Source: Bigelowiella natans CCMP2755
Lineage: Eukaryota; Protista; Cercozoa
Reading direction: 5' to 3'
Length of the DNA stretch: 64,000 bases
NCBI GenBank assembly: GCA_000320545.1
Contig: ADNK01000542.1
Location: forward strand, 62,001-126,000
The position numbers were made by a program, and so were the translations under genes. The notes under the pieces are model-generated. The model saw only the letters and a list, made by a program, of their open reading frames with translations, ran no database searches and was not told where the DNA came from. This document shows positions 29,597 to 43,302 of this stretch, in pieces (the stretch's first letter is position 1; each line of letters starts with the position of its first letter).

Positions 29597-31156
29597 CTTA
29601 TTATATATTATATAAATTTCTTACCGAAGTGATTTATATTCTGTGTAGTTTGAGTAAATTGGATGTAGCTATATCAGTAACTGTATTGGTAGTCTACGAG
29701 GCACTTCCTCTCCGTCATCCAATCAAACTGCCAACAGCACGATAATCACTCGATTCTATCAACCTAGTACCCGCAATGTTGATGGACTTTGCCCACTATT
29801 ACCCATGATGATGAATAATCATACTTTGGTTTGTTGTGCGTGCAACGTATGATCAGATCCAAAAAGGTGCTGATGAGGTTTGGACTCATCTCAATTCAGA
29901 TAAGTTTTGCATCTCCTCAAAATATCCAAATGATCGTCGCCATTTGTATGGTGATGATAAGGAGGGGAAAGAGGAGGAGGATGATGATGATGACGCTAAA
30001 GCTCATCGAGAGAAGATAAGGCCAAGTCTATTAAAATGGTGCGTGCTGCTGCTTAGAGACTAGAGACTCGTAGCAAATTTAAATATATAAGTACAACACA
30101 CATATGTGATCATATTCGGTGTGTAGTTGTGCGTGTGTGTGTGTTGTCTAAGTAGCAAATAGGCAGCAACTGTTGGTTTTGAAGCGCAAGTGAGACAACG
30201 AGAATCATGATGATGATGATGGTGATGATGATGATGATGATGAAATAGTTGATTTGTCTTGGGCTTCCTTTCTTAAGGTACGTGTGCGGAGCTCATAACC
30301 TTCGTAGTGCTATAATGTCATCTTGGAAACTTGAAGAAGAACAACAACAAAAAGGAAAATTCAACGATAATAGAGATAACGACAAAGAATGTGAAGATAG
30401 GGTGAATGCTTCTCCTTCCTCCTCTTCTAAAAAGATAGAAGGAGAAGAAGATGATGATGAGAATAGCCTTCTCGAATCAGAAGAAGATGATAATAATAAT
30501 AATAGTTATGACGAGAGGAGGAGGAGAAGGAGGAGGAGGATGAAGGAGGAGACTGATAGTCTCACCTCTAGGTTCTCTCAGCTACTCTCTAAGAGTGGCT
30601 TGTATCATCGTTATCATCATCATAAAAGTAGTAGTAGTGGCATTAACAGTAACTGGGGATTGGTGATTACGATAAGAACAAGACCCCATTTAATAAGTCC
30701 AAATGAATACGTGGATTATGTGCGTAAGCTCATCGATGCAACAACAACGACAAGTAGTAGCAGTAGAAGCACAGCTCACAGAAATAGCTGCGAACGGAAA
30801 TGGCTTTTGGTAGTCTCGAAGGATGCACATGGCATGATGAAGATGATGGATACCAATGTTATTCATGATGATGATGGTGATGATGATGACGATAAAAAGA
30901 AGAAGGCCACAGCAGCAGCAGCACTCGAAGCAAGGAAAAACATTGATTGGAAGAAAATTCGTAAGTCTCTCCTGGAAATGGGCGTGGCGTTGGCGTTTGA
31001 ATTCAGATACGATGATGATGAAAAACTGCTGCTCTCCAAAAAAGAACAGAGAAATCTCTCTTCTTGTCCACAGCAGCAGCAGCAGCAGAGGAAAATAATG
31101 AAGAATTCTATATTAGAGAACTTAAAGCTGTACATTAGACAACAAAACAGCCCATT

Positions 31157-31191
<35 letters not shown>

Positions 31192-31564
31192 CTCCGCCAC
31201 CATCACCACGAATTCCAATAATAGTTTCAACATCATCATCATCATCGTCGTCATCATCATCATTCACAAGAGATGATAAAAAGTATGACACAAATGATGC
31301 CGAAATTCCACCGTCATCATCGTCATCATCATCATCATCAGCAGCAGCAGCAGCAGACCCTCTGGGAGAGGTCATAGAATGGGTAGTAGACTTACGTACA
31401 CTACTACTATCACTACCACTAATGATGAAAGAAAGCAGCAATGGTGATGAATAATGATAATAATAGCTACTGTGAGTGAAAGAGCATTCTCAACCATGCA
31501 AGATTGCCCCCCCCCTCCCCCCATTTATATCTCTCATCTTTATCAAATAGAAACACACGCGCAC

Positions 31565-31604
<40 letters not shown>

Positions 31605-31605
31605 A

Positions 31606-31645
<40 letters not shown>

Positions 31646-32991
31646 GTTTCTTCTATCAACTAGGTGGCTCGATCATCATTTCCAACATCATTCCCAGCAG
31701 AGCATAAATCGATAAACCTGCCTGCACTTCTAGTTAAAGTTCCTCCCCCACCCCCCCCTCCAACATCATCACCATCATCATCATCATCATCATCATCATC
31801 GGTTATTGATGGGTCGTCGTTGAAATCTCTTGTGACAGTATTCCTCTCATTTTCCATGCGAGGAAGAGGTGCTGGTCCTGCTATTGCTTTCCCAGGCCTC
31901 CCTCCCTCACCGTTAGAAGAAGAAGAAGAACAACAACAACAACACCTTCATTCATCGGAAAATAACAATAATAATAGCCATGGCGTTGGCAGCCCTTCTA
32001 CCATATCCTTGGAGATTTTCATCAGATATCTGCAGGTTATTGCTAGTTGTTACTAGAAGTGCTACTGACGAATAATGTCATATTGTTCATTTTTCTCCTA
32101 CTAGAAATGAGTGATGTAAGATGATGGATGGTATTATCACTACTACAACTACTACTACCACTACTCAGGCTGCTTCCCTTCTCTCTCCCTGGTTTGAGGT
32201 CTGTATGAAAGATAACAAATACTAATAACTGCATTTATTTCGAGGAGGAGGAGTATACCGAGAAGTATAAAAAGAGGCCATTCGTCAACCCCAGTATAGC
32301 AGTCGATTAGAAGTTTCTCACTTTCTCCCTCTCTCTCTCTTTCTCTCTATAAAGCATTCACCGCAGCAGGTTGTTGTATGTAGCACCAATCAACTAACCA
32401 CACGTTGTTTTTTGATGGGAAACAATACCTTATTAGGTGCCACTTGGACAACGAAGCCTCTCGAATATGTACTACTAACTATTACTACTACTACTAGTAG
32501 TAAATGTAGTGAGTTGTAGTAGAAGCCGTAGCAGTAGTAGCAGCAGTTTTGTTGTTGTAGAGAAGTAGTCATAGTTCCATGCAACTACATCAGATAGTGA
32601 TTAGGAAAGGAAAAAGAGGCGAGATCATTCATTCATTCGTCATCTTGACATTTCCACTGCTGCTGCTGGTGCTAATGCTTATATCTGTGTTGTTGGTGTT
32701 GGTATGGTGATATGTTATAATTAGAATGATTCAAAAAGTGCTAAGACGCATCATCATTTTACGCGAGAAAATGAGCAAATACTTTAGGTTATTATTCATT
32801 TACAAAATAGAGAGAGGAAGGGGAGGGGTGAGAGAGAGGGATATGTCAGCTAATCATCTTTAGCATTTGGCGAAGGAATCATCCGTCATATGTAGCACAC
32901 AAGAGAAATATATTTCATTATCATCACCATCATCATTATCATCCTCATCACCACCATCAATCATCAATAGTACAACGTACGTCGTTGTGAG

Positions 32992-33024
<33 letters not shown>

Positions 33025-33483
33025 GCGATTGTTATCTTCGTTTGCCCCTCTTTTCATATTCAGAATTTTTGGAAAGGAGGAGGAGGAGGGGCCTAGTATA
33101 TGGCCTATGCATTTAGAGCAGGTAGGTTCATTATAGTGGTTCTTGGAAATCATCATCATCATCATCGTGCCATGGTTTATCATCAAACATTGCTCATGAG
33201 AATGAGTGAATCACCATTGCCTACTACTACTACTCCTACTACTCGCTAAATATCGGTACTATGATGATATTACTACTTCCTACTACTGCTTATGCTGCTG
33301 CTACTACTACTACAACTACCACCACCACTTCAGGGTGATGGACGATTAATAGGAATGAAGAAATGCGGGGTAGTTAGTAGTAAATGATGACCAGTGAAAC
33401 AAATACAGTGAGATGTTGATTCGCTTAGAGAATAATAATAGGTAGCATGCATTTATATTTGTAGTATGATGGCAATCCAGTAA

Positions 33484-33516
<33 letters not shown>

Positions 33517-33831
33517 CAGTGGTAGTATTCTCATCATCATTTGTCCTTTTGTCCTTTTGTTACAGGTATCCCCTTACTCACAATGGACGATCAGGGGCGA
33601 AGTGGTCGTTTCTAGTTGTTTCTGTATCGGCCTAAGCACGAATAATGATCGATATCTTCCAACATTGTTGGAACAGTCAACCGTTTATATGAGTTCTTAC
33701 TCGTGTGCATCTTATCACGTGTATATACTGTGAATATAATTTATAAAATTTTCAGATAGTCGCCCCCATTTTTAATGCAACAACTTACCGGAACATATAT
33801 CTTCCAAGCGGAGAATGGGTAGTACATAGCG

Positions 33832-33869
<38 letters not shown>

Positions 33870-34233
33870 TGCAGCACCAGAAACAAACAGCATGAACGTA
33901 GATTCCTTGCTCCTCCTCCTGATATATCGTTGTTCAACTCTTTTCCACCACCATCATTATGTTACTTGCTGCTGCTAGTTGATGCTGCTGATGTTCTAAA
34001 GTAGTGAGTGAGTTGGCTTGTAGTCTGGTTTTGATGAATGGTGACAATTTAGGTAGATCTCATGGCAAAGAAATTCACCCGACACGTCGGTCCCAAATGC
34101 TTGAGGCGATATTCTGCGGATATTTATTCGGTGTGTGGTTATTATATTTGCTGCTGCATGATACCATGGCGAGATATGGGGCGGAGTGAAATAAGGAAAC
34201 CCTTATATTACATGCTGTGTTGTGGTTATGCTG

Positions 34234-34271
<38 letters not shown>

Positions 34272-34346
34272 CATATTAATGTATATATCCAGATTCCAGT
34301 TTTCGAGCGACCTCTTGACCAAGTTCCACTTCACTTAGAATTATAA
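26376..34346 (+). CDS. Divergent glycoside hydrolase family 31-like protein with large low-complexity insertions
   Basis: C-terminal exons PSIWPMHLEQ (~33100), IVAPIFNATTYRNIYLPSGEW (33757-33820), VDLMAKKF..GPKCLRRYSADIYS and IPVFERP (34293) match the GH31 C-terminal pattern (LVAPV..VYLP.G.W.D..IPVFVR). The large central exon 30279-31470 is low-complexity. Confidence 0.6.
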
Positions 34347-35175
34347 TGAACCAGCTCACCGCCGTATATTTGTCTCTTTCATCGCAACAAAATCAGTCTT
34401 TGCTAACAGAGAATAACGGAGTGCCTACGTCTACACTACCCTTATCTTATATAAATATATGTGTAAACATTATGTGTGTATAATATATTGCCCAAGACAA
34501 CGAGCTCCTATGTTCGTGCTGTGAAGGCGTGGTTTAGCTACCACGATACACGTACGATGTCAACTTGAATAGTAGTTGCTATAGTCGCGAATAGTAATTA
34601 TTAGAAACTTACTGCTACTTTATAAACGATTCTGCAAGCTATGCAATAATTGCATGACCCCTCTCGTGCTTCCTTTTTCATAGACTAAAAAGTCCTGTGG
34701 TCAGGCAAGCGCAGCTAGCAGATCTACAGCATTGTACGATTGTACAAAATGCAGATCTTGTGGGCAAGTGCAACGGCGCACAGTCGCATCAAGGCATGAG
34801 TAGCAATATAATTCTGTGTGTGTGCAGCTCTACGTCATCCTACTAAATGTCATAATACCTTATCATTTTTCTGCGCGAGCGTATCATCTAGGTATGCATC
34901 ATGTCCATGTGTACACACGTGCATAGCTACATAGTATTCGCACACATAGTTACATGCATATAGCAATAATAATATCTATATTATGCTTACACATAGTAGC
35001 TATGCTGTGTTGAATTGTGATGCTCTAGTGCCTCCTTGCACACACAACGCTTGAGCGCAGATGATGCAGCTTCCATTTGGGCCTATTACTCTAATAACAT
35101 CTCGAAATGGCGAATGAGGATATAATGTTTACAGAGCTCTCAGAATCGTGAACGAATCATGACGACGATTTCCCT

Positions 35176-35727
35176 TTACTCCTTCCCCTTTAGTTCGTCC
35201 ACCTGTCCATACCAGTGTTACTTTGAGATGTACTCTTGCTACATAGTGTGTTCGATCACATGATCTCACGTTGACGCCTCAATAATACATTTGTACGAAA
35301 CATGGCGGCTGTAACCCAAAAAAGTAATGATAATATGATCGCAACACATGTGAAAAAAGAGCTGTCGCATCTAATCGTTCGTCCTGTAGCAGCACAAAAT
35401 GAAGGTACACAACTTCTACCCTCAGAGGTGTACATGTTCAGAAAAATCCAGCAACAAACAAAAACAGTGATGAGGAGGAGAAATGGAACTACGACAAATA
35501 TAAAGGGTGAGAGAAGTAAATCTCCTACATGGATATGGCAAGGAAAACATCATCATTACGTTGAATAGTCTATTTCTTCTCCATGGAGCAGTGAAGAATC
35601 TCCAAATTACACCAGGAGGGGTAAGATAACTGCATTGTTACGAATAAGATACAATCAATCTCGCATCATTTCAGTAGTATTTATTAGGGTCAGTTACGAC
35701 AAACACATTCATCACACACACACACAT

Positions 35728-35776
<49 letters not shown>

Positions 35777-37352
35777 GTAAACATTGTATAGAGAACCGGA
35801 TATACGCACTGTTACTGCTCATCTTGTCCGTTGATGCAGCAACCACGCCTCTCATTCGTGGTACAACCCAATCCGCAGCCGTCTCCGGTTTCTCAGCTAA
35901 AATGTTAAAGATTTTTAGCGCTTGAAGATCTTGTGCTTTATTCCCTTTCTTCTTCTTCTCGTTAAACTTATTTCCTAGGAGCAGGTCTGTTGTCACCATT
36001 CCTGGAGAGATGACGTGTACCCCCACCTTTACCTGATGAGCAATGCTTTCAACAACATCTAGAGAAGCTCGTAGCTATAGTAGCATGTTTGTATGTTATC
36101 GACACAGCAGGAGGCTTTTGAGAGACTTGGAATGATATGCTTGAACACTCCTCTACGATGCTCTCTCTCACACACATTCTTCCCTTTCACCCCCCCCCTC
36201 TCGTTCATTCGTTGTTATCCATCTGTCTTACGTACATCGCTCTTTTGGCCCTCAGCTGAAAGTGAAGAAGTGAGCTGTGGGATGGCTGCTTTAGACGCTC
36301 CGTATGCTGCGGATCCTGGCGTACGATTTCCCCTAGATCCGCTACCATCAACGTTGAATATGTGTCCATTCATGCCTCTTTTACCCTCCTTACTATTTGT
36401 CTTCATCACCGACATAGCCGCACGACTGGAGGAGTAGGAGTAGGGCTTAAATCATCGTTCTTACTCAAACAAATAGGTGACAAATAATAGACTTAGTCAA
36501 TGTAAAGGCCTCTGCATTTACCTTCCATAGAATGTCCCAAGTAAGTTTGTCTCCACGATTGAGCGGATATCTTCAACCTGACAACGATATTGTTCTATTG
36601 TTGTCATATTATCCGCACACACAGCAGATCAGGATGTGATGCATGCATGCATGCCACATTGCCATCATCATCGACGGCATCGTCATCATCCTTCTCCTTT
36701 ACATTCGCCTCCTCCTACCGGGGTCTCGAAGATTGCAGCTTTTGGTGATTGCGACACACCGGCATTGTTAACCCAAACATCGATGTGGCCTAAGTGCCTG
36801 GAAGACTCCTGTGCGAGAAACTCCACTGAGTCAGGGTCTCGTACGTCGCACGAACATCCAAACACTCGCGGTGGATCCGAGGCAAATTTGCTTCTCAGCT
36901 CTGCAACGACACGTTTGACGTCATCGGTCTTCCTTCCCGAAACAACAACTCGGTCTCCATATTCGAGGAAGCTGTTTGCCATTGCATACCCAAAGCCTCG
37001 GGTCGAGCCGCTTATCACGACACCCTTTTTTTGTTCAAGATTAGAGAAAGAAGGCATGCATCATCGTGGGGATCGAATTTGCATGTAACATAAAAACAGG
37101 CATTTTAAATTGCAATTATACGAGAATGGTACGTGTTCCCGTTCGCCCTCTCGACGATAATGCGACAACAACAAGAAGAAGAAGAACAACACATACTAGG
37201 TTCCGAGAGCGACTGAAGCACACTTTCGCAAAGTAACCAGCCGAGCGAAGGATGAGAACGGTGGCACCAGCGCTCAAGACGGCGCCACCAGCCACGAACT
37301 TGATGAAGCCTCCACCGGTAGCAGCACCGCTGTCGGCTGATGATGAAGGCAT
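35176..37352 (-). CDS. NOL: Short-chain dehydrogenase/reductase, chlorophyll(ide) b reductase NOL/NYC1-like
   Basis: GVVISGSTRGFGYAMA..GDRVVVSGR, IDVWVNNAG, HIFNVDGSGSRGNRTPGSAAYGASKAA (YxxxK), VGVHVISPGMVTTDLLL, IFNILAEKPETAADWVVPRMR and YLTPPGVIWRF are characteristic NOL-family segments. Confidence 0.8.
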
Positions 37353-37414
37353 GATGGATGGATGGGTGGGTGGGTGGGTTAGTTGGGGATTTGAGTGATG
37401 AGTGGCTGCTGGCA

Positions 37415-37557
37415 AAGCATCGTGGTGGTCTAATCCATCATCATCATCATCGTCACTCACTCACAACAACCGGTACAACAACTACTATTTACAAGCATCG
37501 TGGTGGTCTAATCCATCATCATCATCATCACTCACAACAACCGGTACAACAACTATT
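37415..37557. repeat. Imperfect tandem duplication of a ~70-78 bp unit
   Basis: aagcatcgtggtggtctaatcc(atc)n..cactcacaacaaccggtacaacaacta occurs at 37415 and again at 37493. Confidence 0.9.
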
Positions 37558-37771
37558 GCATTGTGTCAACACCTATTAATATTCCCAGTGTTGTCATGTG
37601 TTGTTTTATTTGAGGTCCAGTTAGTTCAAAAATTGTACCGTTTTAAACTAAGATGGATGTACAATACTATTTCAACACCCACCCACCTTTGGCAACATCA
37701 ACTGTGACGACACATGTTCTCTCCCACCCCACCCCCCTCGTGGTTTGGATGTAGAACGTAGTATCCCCAGC

Positions 37772-40196
37772 ATGATGGTCGTCGTAACAGAGCTACTACT
37801 CTTGTGCACACGTGTTTCCTTCGTCGCTCCTGCCGAATCCAGCATCTCTAATATTTTACCACCTTTGCTTCGACTCGAGAATGGAAGTACTGTGGCATCG
37901 AAGGAGGAATGGTGGGGGAGAAGAAGTGAGGTGCAAGGACTATTGGACGACCACATCCTTGGGTCTTGGCCAACGGATCCGATTGTATTGGAGCAGGCTG
38001 TGAAGATTAACTCATCAACACTGGGTGGGATGTGTGTTGTGTTATGTGCATTTTATGTGTGCGTGAGCGAGTGTGTGTTTGTGTGTGTGTGTGTCGTATA
38101 CACCTTTCCAAGTGTATACACATATCTATTTACGCCTGCTAACCGCATTTTATGGTACATCTAAAGCAGGGCCACGCAACAATGGCGCAACGTCGACATT
38201 CTATACGCTAACCTTCAACACTTCCAACGGCTGTGCAGGCATACCCAATGTCAGCTTTGACATCGAGCTTTTAAGCCCCGGCCCCTCCCCAGGACGATCA
38301 TACCCTCTCTTCCTCACACAATGGAATCACAGAGAGTGGGCCTTGTTGGGTCTTTCGCGTGGATATGTGTCTATCGTGTACCCAGGTGGAGACACACTAG
38401 ATGCTGCACCTGATTTCCAAAAAGCATATCCAAAAGCTACCATGATGTTGATCATGGCAAGGGCGTTGGTAGCATCCAAGACATTAGATCTCGTTTTCGT
38501 TGATAAATTTCAAGCTAAGCTTCCTAACATTACACGTTCTCACATATCCATCACTGGACACTCGCGCAATGGAAAACAAAGCCTGTTAGCCGCTGCGTAT
38601 GATGAGCGTATCACTGCGGTTGTTGGGTCAAGCCCAGGTGCTCCGATTGCATCGCCGTATCATTTATCATCCCATAACTTCTATGGAGAGGGACCAGATG
38701 CTGGCCAAGCTGGACATTGGTGGCTTGATAGAGTAGTAGACTACACGGCCCATCCTGAGACTTTACCAATGGATGGACACGGTGTTTTAGCATCCATTGC
38801 ACCGCGTCATTGTGCTGTATTCACAGGACTAACAGACCATGAAGGAGACATGCTGTTCGCCAACGAATACGCTTTTAAAGCTGCAATGACTGTTTACGAG
38901 TTATTCAATGCCACATCACATCTTCGTTTGTTCCACAGACCAGGGGATCATCATGGATTTATCGATGTTAACATGTATTTTGATTTTTTTGACTTCGCGT
39001 TTGGGCGTCAATACAGCTCATTCAGACCTTCTTGGCCTGGATTCAACGGCAAGCAAATGTACCTTAGTGCTGCTGGGTTTGATTTCGATCTTTGGGTCAA
39101 GACATATGGTGATTCTATTCCATCACCACCACCTTCAAGTGCCCCAATAAGTGACCGAATTGAATGGCTCGTCCAACATGACGACGCAAGTGCTGCTGCA
39201 TATGTCAGATCTGTGGGTACTAGTTATGCAGAGGAGGGTAGTGGTAGGTTTTCCTACAGAAGCGTGATGATGGCAGTTGATTACGATCGATTTGGTGATC
39301 TAAATAGACAGAGCCTATCGTTTGGTGGATACGTCACTGGTAATATGTATTGGCAAAAAAACAGAACGGCTGACGCTGCTACCCCCCTGCCCACAGTGTT
39401 ATGGCTTCATCCCTATGCGTACTCTACAGGATACCAACCTTCATATACAGAAAACGTTATCGAAAACATTGCAAGGGCAGGATTTGCCGTGTTTGCGTAC
39501 GATCAGATTGGATTTGCAACACGGTTGCGCGAAGGAGGTTCTAATTTCTATGCAAGGCATGAATCTGAGGCTTCCATATTTGGAAACATGATTCGAGATG
39601 CCCGTGCGGCATTAGATATGCTGGAATGCTTAACATCAGATATTCGCAACAACCTAACGCTATGTGGGACTGGAGAAGGCCACACATCAACTTATCCAGA
39701 TCTTCGCTCTCGCATCCCTAACTTGGATCCGTCTAACTTTATCGTTGCGGGCTATTCACTTGGCGGAAACATCGCATTGCACACTGCAGCACTTGATAAG
39801 AGAGTCAGTGCTGTGGCCTCATTTTCTGGTTTTACACCTTTCAGGAGTGACAGCAACGATCGCCCTACGGGTGGCATCAAACGTTTATACGATTTTCATG
39901 CTCTAATTCCTCGTTTGGGAATGTTTCGTGAGGATATGGTGAAGATTCCATATGATTATGATGAGGTACTCATTGCTATAGCACCAAGACCTACACTCTT
40001 GTGGACGCCCAGACACGATAGAGATGCGACGTATGCAGATGTACTTTCATGCATTCTCAAAGCAAAAACGGAGTGGCAAAAATCTAGTAAGGAAAAATGG
40101 GATGTGAACCATACAGCCCCTGATGCATACACCGACATGGGTCACAATGAGCTCTTTGGATTCACAGAATGGGCAAAGAAAATCCAACGATCGTGA
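37772..40196 (+). CDS. Two-domain esterase: CE15/glucuronoyl-esterase-like domain plus a second alpha/beta hydrolase domain; one intron (38025-38169)
   Basis: N-terminal LPPLLRLENGSTVASKEEWWGRRSEV, nucleophile motif ITGHSRNGKQSLLAAAYDERI and LASIAPR..HRPGDH define the first domain. The second has VLWLHPY, VFAYDQIGFATR, VAGYSLGG and LIAIAPRPTLL. The GT-AG intron restores frame (G|GG CCA). Confidence 0.85.
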
Positions 40197-40840
40197 TTGT
40201 TTGTGTAAGTAGCTATACGTCACGCTCAAAATAGACATCATCTACTGCAACGCAGCTCCATATCGATATTATGATGCATGCGCGTGTTGAAATGTCTTGT
40301 TGATGTAGTCTTCGTGTGTTTTTCACGATGAATCAGTGCGAATGCTACATTGTTTGTGATTTCACGCTGTGTCGCAAGATGTGCAATGCTAGAATAAAAG
40401 GCGTGTATAACTACTGCGGTGCTAGCTAGCTAGCGACGAAGAGGAGGCGATGTTAGCATGTGCACTGCACTACAATGCAAATGGGGCTGACATGTGCTAC
40501 TCTAGTGCTGATGCTGATTCGAGCATACGCGTGCTTGCGAACGTGCCACACATGAACCCCAATTTCAGCGAAATAATTGATGCGCTGCACATGTGCTAAA
40601 ATGAACAATGTGTGGCCCTGTCGTATGTTTGTTCCCTAGAGACCTAAGTCCTACACATAGTTCACATTCACAATGCGCTGCTGCAAAGCTCTAGAGTTGC
40701 GTGTTGCGTGCATGACTGGCATGTTGTGGTTGAGAAAATCACATTTAATATTCTCATACAACAGAAACGGAGCTGCAGTGTTGTGAATCGATGTGGAAAA
40801 ATATGAATACAACGTATTCACCGAGCTAGCGAGGGCTTTA

Positions 40841-41412
40841 TTAAATACTACGTCGAAATTTCAACTTCTGCGCATAAACGACGACTGGGTCTCTTGTGGT
40901 AATATCTAAAAAAACATCGATTATGTTAGTCAGCAACATAATGAGTATTTGGAGAACGTAATCACCATATTCTTGAAGAAGGGGACTATCACTAGGAAGG
41001 TATCCTATAGTGTACACAGCAGCTTCAAGCTTATCGTAATCATCCTTATCCTAAAATGATGACAAAGACAACTCAGAATATTAGACTTTGCAGAAGAACA
41101 TCGACTGATACCTTCTTCTCTCCATCAAAATAACGATCAAAGTATGACTCCTGTCCCACCCTGTGAAATGCAATGTCACCAAGAACAAAATAAATAAGAT
41201 TTATAAGAAATATGACCTTCTTAATCCCATAATTCGTTGATGAACGGACACAAGCTTTCTTGGAGCTTCCCCTGAATAATCACGAAGGAGCTCGATCTCA
41301 GTGGTGGTTGGTGAGCGTTGGCGATATAACTCATTAGGTAATCAGGGAGGAGATATTTCTACTACTACTACTACTACTACTACTAATCACTATCATCATT
41401 ATCTTCTTCTCC

Positions 41413-41444
<32 letters not shown>

Positions 41445-42083
41445 ATGGTCGCTATAATCTATCACCCTCGTCCATAGGCCCAAGCCAGAATTGACGATAT
41501 GTTTGAGCTGACCAGAACGTGTTGCTGTCATCATCATCCCCTCCCTTCATTTCACATCATTCATCAAACGAAGAACCACCACAGCAAGTAAGGAAGTAGG
41601 AATCAGAGTAATATTGTTTAAAGAAAGGAGTAGCACGTATTGCGTTAATGATGATGACGATGATAATGACGATGACGATGATGGACCTTTTCGTTGCTGT
41701 CATCTATCTCACTTTGAAGCGCATAGAGAGATACGAAAGCATGATGAACTAAAACAACAGTAGTAGCAGGTTGTAAGTAAGTGAGTAGCAGGACAGATGA
41801 GCAGAAGATAGATGAGATGACAGCAGCACAAACAAGATATCCATGCTTATAGATCAACGATCGAACATCGAAAAAAGTAACAACAATACTATTGTAGCAT
41901 GCAAGCACCAGATGGGGATTTGAGCATAAGGATCTCATAGTAATTTGCTTGCTCCTCTGCTTTTTTCACAGAAGCTACTGCAGGATAATCCTGATGATCA
42001 CATGTGTTAGTAGTAGTAGTAGCAGTACGACTACTGATGATGATGATGATGATAACACAGAAAGAGGTATTCTTCATGGAATA

Positions 42084-42119
<36 letters not shown>

Positions 42120-42189
42120 TATATACAAGCCACTCACTCACTACCAAGCTCACGCTCAGCCTACTTACTAGTAGCACTACTACTACTAT

Positions 42190-42222
<33 letters not shown>

Positions 42223-43271
42223 CAGTACCAGATTTGCATTGATGCATGCTTCTAGATTATGTTCCACGTCCTCCTTAACTTTACCATCGTTTGGATCATA
42301 TACAAATCTCATCTAGTAATTATGAATAAATGCAGCAAAATGACGATGACGAATTAGTGGATAAAGTGATAATGGAATAATGGATCAATCAATGATTCAT
42401 CGGGAGAAGGAGGAGGATGGATAATACATAGTACTAGTACATTATATGTAGCAGGTTCTCCAAAATCTGGTTGATGAATGATTGAGCAGGTACTGAAACC
42501 GGGAATACGAAGATCTCTTTGAAGCTCGACTGCGGGCTGGTGAGGTGAGGGATGATGATGATGAGGATGATGATGAGGATGAGGATGATGATGATGAGGA
42601 TGATGATGAGGATGAGGATGATCATCATCATAATGAGGACATCAGAATAACATCGGTGTGTGTGGGGTATTGTGTGCGTGCGTGTGCGTGTAATACAACA
42701 TTATCTGATATTTAAGAAATTTATCCTCCAACTATATACATGCACATACAATTTTGTGATCAAACGGGAATTCAGCTTTTGCAGCACTGATCTGCACCTA
42801 AATGAATAGAAAAGGATGTTGATGATGACCGTTGGTGCAGCATTCCTTTTTATTATAGTGCCTCTATTACTACTGTTGTACTATTATTGGTGTTATATAA
42901 TCGAAAATCATCCCAAAAATCTATTGTTATTGTTGTTGCTAATGATGAATACCTCCCAATCGCCCTCAAGATAGCTGGGATACCTGAAATAACCGACGGA
43001 TCAGGTCTTTTATTTATTCATCATGCAGTATCCAAAAATTCCTATTTAAATTCTCTGTGACTAGACTCTCATAACATCGACTATCTTTCCTTCATACCCC
43101 CCCCCCTTTTATTCCCTCTTATTCAATATGTACTGGAGAGGAATGTAGGGTATTTTTTATATGACCCAATATCGGTTGGAGGCTCTGAGAAATTGAGAAA
43201 TCTTCTTCTTAAGTTTCCAGGATTTTGCACACGAATGCTGATAATAACAATAGAATAAGAAGAACAAAATA

Positions 43272-43302
<31 letters not shown>

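Noticed and set aside
13140-33540. Many short ORFs with poly-L/I/M/V/H/Y or CVCV tracts
   Set aside because: They are translations of intronic microsatellites or antisense frames of low-complexity exons.
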